From NCBI GenBank assembly GCA_965219415.1, contig CBDCNP010000002.1, positions 2,400,001 through 2,464,000 on the forward strand: DNA of 64,000 nt, given 5' to 3'. How positions within the stretch are numbered: the stretch's first letter is position 1; each line of letters opens with the position of its first letter. Below, one piece after another: positions 58,292 to 64,000 of the stretch. The position numbers and the translations under genes were made by a program. The notes beneath the pieces were generated by a model. It had not been told where the DNA came from. It saw only the letters and a program-made list of their open reading frames with translations, and searched no databases. This DNA comes from Candidatus Marinacidobacterales bacterium. GTDB taxonomy: Bacteria > Acidobacteriota > Vicinamibacteria > Marinacidobacterales > DATDRI01.

Positions 58292-59431
58292 CTAGCCGAG
58301 AACCTCTCCGTACACCCGAAGTAGGTTTAACCCCAGCACTTTCTTGATGTCGGGCATGGAATAGCCCCGCTTCTTCAGGCCCTTAGCGATCGTTAGATAA
58401 CGGTGAGCGTCGTTTATCCCGTCTAAAAACGGGGGGTACTTGGGTCTCACGAGGTTCCAATCTTGGGCGCTATAGCCTTTCTTTACCGCCTCCCAGATCT
58501 GGTCGGGCTCGGTAACTGGCCAGCCGGGAAGCCCCATATCGGATCCGAACCCCACGTGATCCGGCCCGACGAGCTGGACGGCGTGATCGAAGTGATCGAG
58601 CAGGTCGTCTAGAGTGGATCGTGGCTTCTCGCTCACGAACCAAGAAAGAATCGTCATGCCCATCACGCCACCGTTTCGCGCCAGTGCCTTGATCTGTTCG
58701 TCGCTCTTGTTGCGCGGGTGGTCGTAAAGAGCCTTACAGTTCGAGTGTGAGAAGAGGATGGGTTTGGTGGACGCCTCGACGGCATCGAGCGTGGTTCGGT
58801 ATCCACTGTGAGCCACATCGACCACGATTCCCATCTCATTCATTTTTTCGACAAGCTCGAGCCCGAAACGAGTTAGGCCGCCGTCGACCCGTTCGAGGCA
58901 ACCATTCCCAACTAGATTTCGCCAGTTGTAGGTGAGCTGGATTTGACGCACCCCCAAGCCGTGGAAGACCTCAAGATTTTTGAGGTCTGTCCCAATCGCG
59001 GTGGTCCCTTGGAAATTGGCCAGAACGCCCAGTTTGCCCTGCGCCTTCGCCGTCTCGATGTCGGAGCCTTTGCGTATGAATGTGACATTGTCGTGATACC
59101 GAGCGACGGTGCTGGTCAGCTCTGCCAACCGTCTGACCGCGCCATGGAAGGCGCGGTCGGGGTCCCTATCTCTCGTGTCCGTCGTAGGGCTGACAACCGT
59201 AACGCCGGAGTCCGCCAGCATGGCGAGATCGAGCGTCGAGTGATCGGCACCACGTAGATCGGGGTTTCGATGAAGATACGAAAGGGCGTCGATTACCACG
59301 CTGTCAGCCACAATGGCCTCAATACTCGGTTGCGCTGAGGTGGCGGAGGCCTTGGAACCTCGTCCAATGGGTGTAGCGACCGCCCCAGCGGCGGCTAGAC
59401 GCTTCAAGAAAGATCTGCGGTTGATCGACAT
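58292..59431 (-). CDS. Tat-exported membrane dipeptidase (M19/renal dipeptidase family)
   Basis: NRRSFLK, QLTYNWRN, DVAHSG, FSHSN, HPRN, HVGFGSD and GLNLLRV. Confidence 0.88.
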   Translation of the reverse strand: MSINRRSFLKRLAAAGAVATPIGRGSKASATSAQPSIEAIVADSVVIDALSYLHRNPDLRGADHSTLDLAMLADSGVTVVSPTTDTRDRDPDRAFHGAVRRLAELTSTVARYHDNVTFIRKGSDIETAKAQGKLGVLANFQGTTAIGTDLKNLEVFHGLGVRQIQLTYNWRNLVGNGCLERVDGGLTRFGLELVEKMNEMGIVVDVAHSGYRTTLDAVEASTKPILFSHSNCKALYDHPRNKSDEQIKALARNGGVMGMTILSWFVSEKPRSTLDDLLDHFDHAVQLVGPDHVGFGSDMGLPGWPVTEPDQIWEAVKKGYSAQDWNLVRPKYPPFLDGINDAHRYLTIAKGLKKRGYSMPDIKKVLGLNLLRVYGEVLG

Positions 59432-59743
59432 GCCAATCTCCTGATGCGGTTGAACCTTCGTGACATCTCGCGAATTCCTCAAGGTTGACCGAGTGTGACA
59501 GTTTGGGCGCTTGCTCGAGCGCAGCCTGCACGGTCAATCGATGGGAAAAGCATTCTCCTCTATTTTCCTCTTTTTCGCGACTAGTTCCGTCCATGCGTCT
59601 GAATCGCGGGAGGGAGGTCCTCAGCTTTTAATCGTAAACGGCACGCTGAGGGCGTCCGACGCGGCTCGATAGGATGAAGCCCACTCTGCCACGGTCCAAT
59701 GACGAACGTATGACCCGCGACGCGGCAACCGAGAACTTCTGGC

Positions 59744-60979
59744 TCACTCCGGCACGATTGGCAGCACCATTCGCGACGGATAACGGGCGGAATGGTGGAC
59801 GCTGTTGTTGGCGGTTTTCCATTCGGTCTCGTCGTAGTCGCGGCCGCCGGTGTTGAGGTTGCGCCCGTACCGGGGGAAGTTACTCGATGACACCTCGATG
59901 CGGATGCGGTGGCCTTTCTTGAAAAAGTTGCTGGTGCCCAAGGGCCCGACTTTCACTTCGTAGACCTCGCCCGGTTTCATGAACACTTCCTTGTCGGAGC
60001 CTTCGCGATAGCGGGCACGCTGGATCGAGTCGTCGAGATTGTAGGCCGTGCCATCCGGATAGACATCGAGGACCTTGACCGCGAAGTCCGTATCTTTGGC
60101 ATCGGACGAGACGTGGAGCGTCACCTCGATCGGCCCGGTCACGTTGACGCCCTCCTCGAGCGGCTCGCTCGTATAGATCAGGACGTCGCGGCGCAGCTCG
60201 AGATGGGATTGGTCGAATGCGCCCGGCACGGCATCCGTACCCATGCAGCAGAAGCCACCACCGAGTGACGGCACCGGATATCCCGGATCGTAGACGAACG
60301 TGTCGTAAGCGGATGAACTAGGCTTGACTGGGGTGAGCCGACCGTCACCCAAGGTCGAATTCGCATCCCCCGAGCCGGCGAGATAGTAGGTGACGAAGTT
60401 GGTCTTGGGATGCGGCCAGCCGTCATAGCCGCGCCACTCGTTCTTGCCCATGAGATAGCTTTCGACCTTGGGCCGCTTGCCGACGTCGTTGTCTTCGCCC
60501 TTGAGCCAACGGTCGAACCAATCAACGAACAGCGTTTGGTAATCGTAGCGGGCGTCACCTAGAAATCGCTCGCCCACGACCGTCTGCTCGGTCTCCCGCC
60601 CCATGGCGCAATGCTGCACCGGCGAGATGACCATGAATTGATTGTCGCGTACCTCCGGGTCCGTCCCCTTCCTGCGAGCATAGTTGAAGAGCTCGATGTT
60701 CGGCATGACCGATATGTCGTACCAGGAGAAAACCCAGAGCGTCGGCACGCCGTAGTCATCGCCCTCGTTGAAGAAGTCCGTCTCCGCCCACTTGGGATCG
60801 CCGGGGGTGCGCAGAATGAAGTCGTCGAACGGGCTCTCGAGGCCATGGATGTTGGGCATCAGATCTTGAAGTGGCAGATGACGGATAGCCTTCGCGAGAT
60901 CGAACGGGGGCACCTTGGGGTGCAGATCATAGAAGCGCGACAGGCGGATGCGGTCTTCCCGTGTTGTCTCTTTGGACAT
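59744..60979 (-). pseudogene. CocE/NonD (S15) hydrolase, 5' part missing at the IS boundary
   Basis: SWYD, WFDRWLKG, FVYDP..PVPSLGG, RRDVLIYTS, DTDFAVK and GHRIRIEVSSSNFPRY. The N-terminal catalytic Ser region is absent. Confidence 0.85.
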
Positions 60980-62062
60980 GCCTTGGTGCACAACTCCGAT
61001 AGAGGCCGAGAGCTCGCTTGGCCCCGACTCCCATCATCCGATCATCTCGCTATCAGGCATCCCGAGCGCCGTCATGGTTGAGAATCTTGCACCCGATCCT
61101 TGCCTCACCTCTCTGTGCCGCCAACCCTCTCGCTCGCATCGCTGAGCCCACGATAGCCTTGTAGCGATGGAACGTTGTCTCGACTTTGCTCCGTTTGCTG
61201 TAGCCTGATTCTGTGTGCCACTTTCGTTTGCCGAGCCGAGCTTGTGCTGCAATGTTGCGATTGCGCTGTCGGCTGCTCGCCGGCCCCGATGCGAGCAGGG
61301 CGCCCTTGCGCGGCGGTATCAGCACCCTCGGCGAGCGATGAGCGCTGTGATTCTCGATTGCCTCATAGACGCCGCCGGCGTCGTATGCGGTGTCAGCTCT
61401 GGCCGATGAGATGGGACTGTCGATCTGTCCGACAAGCGATGTAACCCGCGATGAATCGCGGGCTCTTTTGCTCGTCAGCTCGCCGGCGACGACTTCGCCA
61501 CTCTGCTCGTCGACACACAGATGGAGCTTGCGATAGTCCCTGCTCTTTTGTGCTCTGCGCAGCTGGCCGGCGTGGACAGCGAGACCGCTGCTGTCGAACA
61601 AGATGTGCAACGGCGTCTTCTGCTTGACTGGGTAGAAGGGGACCTTACCCAGCTTCGGCTTGCGCCTCGAGATCGTGGTGTGATCGGGCACATCATTGTC
61701 TAGCTTCATCAGAGCGAACAACGACCGCAGCAATCCCTCGCTCTGCCTAGATGACAGATGAAACACCATGCCCAGGGTGACAGCCGTCTCGATGGCGTGG
61801 TTCGAGTATTTGCGTTGACGGCCCGGTTTCCTCCTCCTTGGCCGGGGCGCGTCCCAGTTCACAAGCTTGCCGGCGGTGAGCGAGATCCAGACGGTCAGGC
61901 TCCCGCGGTTGCGTAGACCCGCCTCATATTCACGCCAATTCCTCACGCGATAGGCCTTCTTCACATACTTCCGCTGAGTGCGTTTGAAAATGCTCATGGG
62001 GAACCTCGTATCCGCGAGTACAGGACAATTGTGGACCGAGATCGAGAGTTGTGCACCAAGGC
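60980..62062 (-). mobile_element. IS5-family (IS903 group) element
   Basis: Perfect 17-bp IR GCCTTGGTGCACAACTC (60980-60996 / 62046-62062). The transposase (61997 to 61034) has YRVRNWREY..RGSLTVW, PDHTTISRR, DSSGL, YRKLHL, ADTAYD and RSKVET, with a frameshift at about 61077. No TSD is visible. Confidence 0.9.
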
Positions 62063-62440
62063 AGCTCTTCGATAGGTGCTCCTCACCGAGCAGTGGTTTC
62101 AGCGCTTTGCGGATCCGGCGGCTATTCGCGCCCGACAAGTACGTCCCCAAGAGCGCCTCGTCGACCTCACGAGTCCGGCGCGCGTACCGGGGCAACAGCT
62201 CGCTCCTGAACTCTGTCGTTTCTCCCGTTTCCTCGTCTCGCACGCGGGCTCGTGGCACCCGGAGCTCGCGAGTTCCCACCGACGTCGTCACGCGACGGGT
62301 TTCGGCTCCGTTGCGATATCCACGGCGGTCTTCCGCACGCTCGTAGCTACAACACCCCAGCGCTTGGTTGACTTCTTCCTCGAGCACGACCTCGATCGCC
62401 TCCAGTACCCGCTTACGCAGCCGAAGTTGGACGAACTCCC
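62063..62440 (-). pseudogene. N-terminal fragment of a second, different IS256-family transposase
   Basis: LEEEVNQALG..YER..RRGYRNG..R.V.TSVG..ELRVPRAR..FRSELLPRYARR..YLSGANSRRI. Confidence 0.8.
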
Positions 62441-63356
62441 GGCGCAGCGACTCGTCGATCACTCCGTCCGGGCCGATCGCGGTTCCAAACAGACGTGAAA
62501 CCACCTTCGAGACTTCCAAGGCCCGGCTGGCACCACTGCCTTCGCTGGACATCGTCGCAGAAGTCCCAATACAGATTGGAACCTTGTTAGGCGTGCAGCG
62601 ATCGCGTAGCCGACGAACAAGAATGGCAACGTCAGCGCCCTGGCGGCCGCGGTAAGTATGCAACTCGTCCAGGACGATGAACTCAAGCCCACTCGCGTTC
62701 GCCATGACTTGGGAATCGACGGGGTCTTGCCGAGTCAGCAAAAGCTCCGCCATCATGAAGTTGGTCAGGAGAATATCCGGCGGATTGTCCGCGACCCGCT
62801 GACGTTCCTCCTGGTTCTCCTGTCCGGTGTAACGCCGGACCACCGGCCTGAGATTCTCCGAAAGGCCTGACTGGTCGATGAATTTGTTGATTTCCTTGAC
62901 CTGGCTGTTAGCGAGTGCGTTCATCGGATACACGATGATCGCCCGTGTCCTCGGCGCATAGCCAGCCTCCCGCGCGCGGATGATGGCATCCACGATCGGA
63001 ACGAAAAATCAGAGGGATTTGCCCGAGCCGGTCCCCGTGGTCACAACGAAACTCTGTCCCGCCCGCGCTTTGGCGAAGGCCTGTCCCTGGTGCCTATGAA
63101 ATGGAAGCCGCTCTGATCCGAAAGGGAAGGCCTGGGCCGTTTCAGGGCAAATGTCACCGGAGTTGACGAGATCGTCGGCGGTTGGCCCTGCTTCGTATCG
63201 CGGATTCAGGGAAAGAAGAGCGTCCGGCCAAAAACGGCCTTCTTCATACTCTCGTTCAATCGCCTCACGCAGGTCGGCCGCCTTAATCTTGCCGAAAGAC
63301 TGAGAGAATCGGGCGTAGCTCTCTACAATGTGGCGATCAAATAGAAAGGCCTTCAT
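62441..63356 (-). pseudogene. Truncated DEAD/DEAH-box helicase (YprA/DrmB-like large SF2 helicase family)
   Basis: HRHQ Q-motif, TGTGSGKS, YPMNAL, LLTN, LDELHTYRG.QG and GTSAT. In-frame TGA at 63009-63011; the gene ends before helicase domain 2. Confidence 0.85.
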
Positions 63357-63492
63357 CTAGCGCTCTGTATTTGTGCCCCGCGGGAAACTTCTCTCAGGAC
63401 ATCAAGCTTCCGCCGGAAGCCGTCTCTGATTCTTAACGGATGAAGCCTACCATGATCGGGTGAATCAGGTGGCCCGATTAGAATCCTCAATC

Positions 63493-63640
63493 ATGAGGAC
63501 GCCGATTAGCCCTTGACATGGTTGGTGGTCGCCATCGCTGGTTGGATCCAGCGTGACCAACAGGCCGCTATCGTCTACTTGCTTGAGGAGAACAGGTCCT
63601 CAAAGCTCGGCTTTGCGGGAAGAGGCTTCATCTCGACCAT
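63493..63640 (+). pseudogene. N-terminal remnant of an integrase-core/transposase gene
   Basis: LVVAIAGWIQRDQQAAIVYLLEENR..KARL..KRL resembles the N-terminus of a widespread integrase-core transposase type. Confidence 0.5.
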
Positions 63641-63929
63641 CCACTCAGGCATCGTCGCTCGCGGCCTCGTTCACCAGAACCCATGCCACGCGTCGCTCCG
63701 CGTCACCCAGCCACGACACCGCCTCGGGGTGACGCACCAGGCCGCCTTCGAGACGAACGAACAGTGCCGGGAGCTCCCACACTACCAACGCCTCGGGGTC
63801 GAGCCAGACCAAGCCGCCTTGAGCGCCCCGCGGGTGTCCATGCCGCTGCGCAAGTCACAATCGCGTAGCCGTCGTGTTTGATGGAGAAGCCTTCGGCTCC
63901 CGGCCAGGTCTGTTCGAAGTGCAGCTGAT

Positions 63930-64000
63930 ATTCTGGAGACGCTTGCCCCGAAGCCCGGCTCGGAGCACACGGTTCTCCTCTTGCAGGTAGTCGATCACAT
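63930..64000 (-). pseudogene. Second remnant of the same integrase/transposase type, running off the window
   Basis: VIDYLQEENRVLRAGLRGKRL on the minus strand. Confidence 0.5.

Noticed and set aside
60980-60991. Listed start (MHQG) of the CocE ORF
   Set aside because: These codons belong to the IS inverted repeat, not to the hydrolase.
63009-63011. In-frame TGA after the helicase Walker A, considered as selenocysteine or readthrough
   Set aside because: No evident SECIS hairpin and the gene is truncated anyway; a nonsense mutation is the simpler explanation.

Overview
GC-rich bacterial chromosome segment. It is probably Acidobacteriota, inferred from the acidobacterial-type VWA protein and the split cytochrome b plus multiheme Rieske/b operon. 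An intact core (about 11.5-54 kb) carries an aminotransferase/ABC-exporter block and a large respiratory cluster: HEAT protein, Rieske, split cytochrome b, octaheme cytochrome c, A1-type heme-copper oxidase, heme O/A synthases, DUF420 and two amicyanin-motif proteins. It also holds a GT2/GT-C/YfhO glycosylation region, rpoZ and regulators. Both flanks are decaying and IS-rich. They contain frameshifted alkyl sulfatase, PQQ-type propeller and subtilase genes, an ISL3 with IRs and an 8-bp TSD, an IS903-group element and a broken DEAD/DEAH helicase. Two near-identical 1435-bp IS256 copies, each with its own 8-bp TSD, sit in inverted orientation around the respiratory cluster. A tmRNA (9293-9640, minus strand, tag ADHELALAA) is fused at its CCA end to a palindromic element that leads into a small GIY-YIG nuclease gene. 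Relatives of this palindrome recur at four other intergenic sites, and this is my best candidate for an undescribed system. All calls come from motif recognition by eye; no database searches were run.
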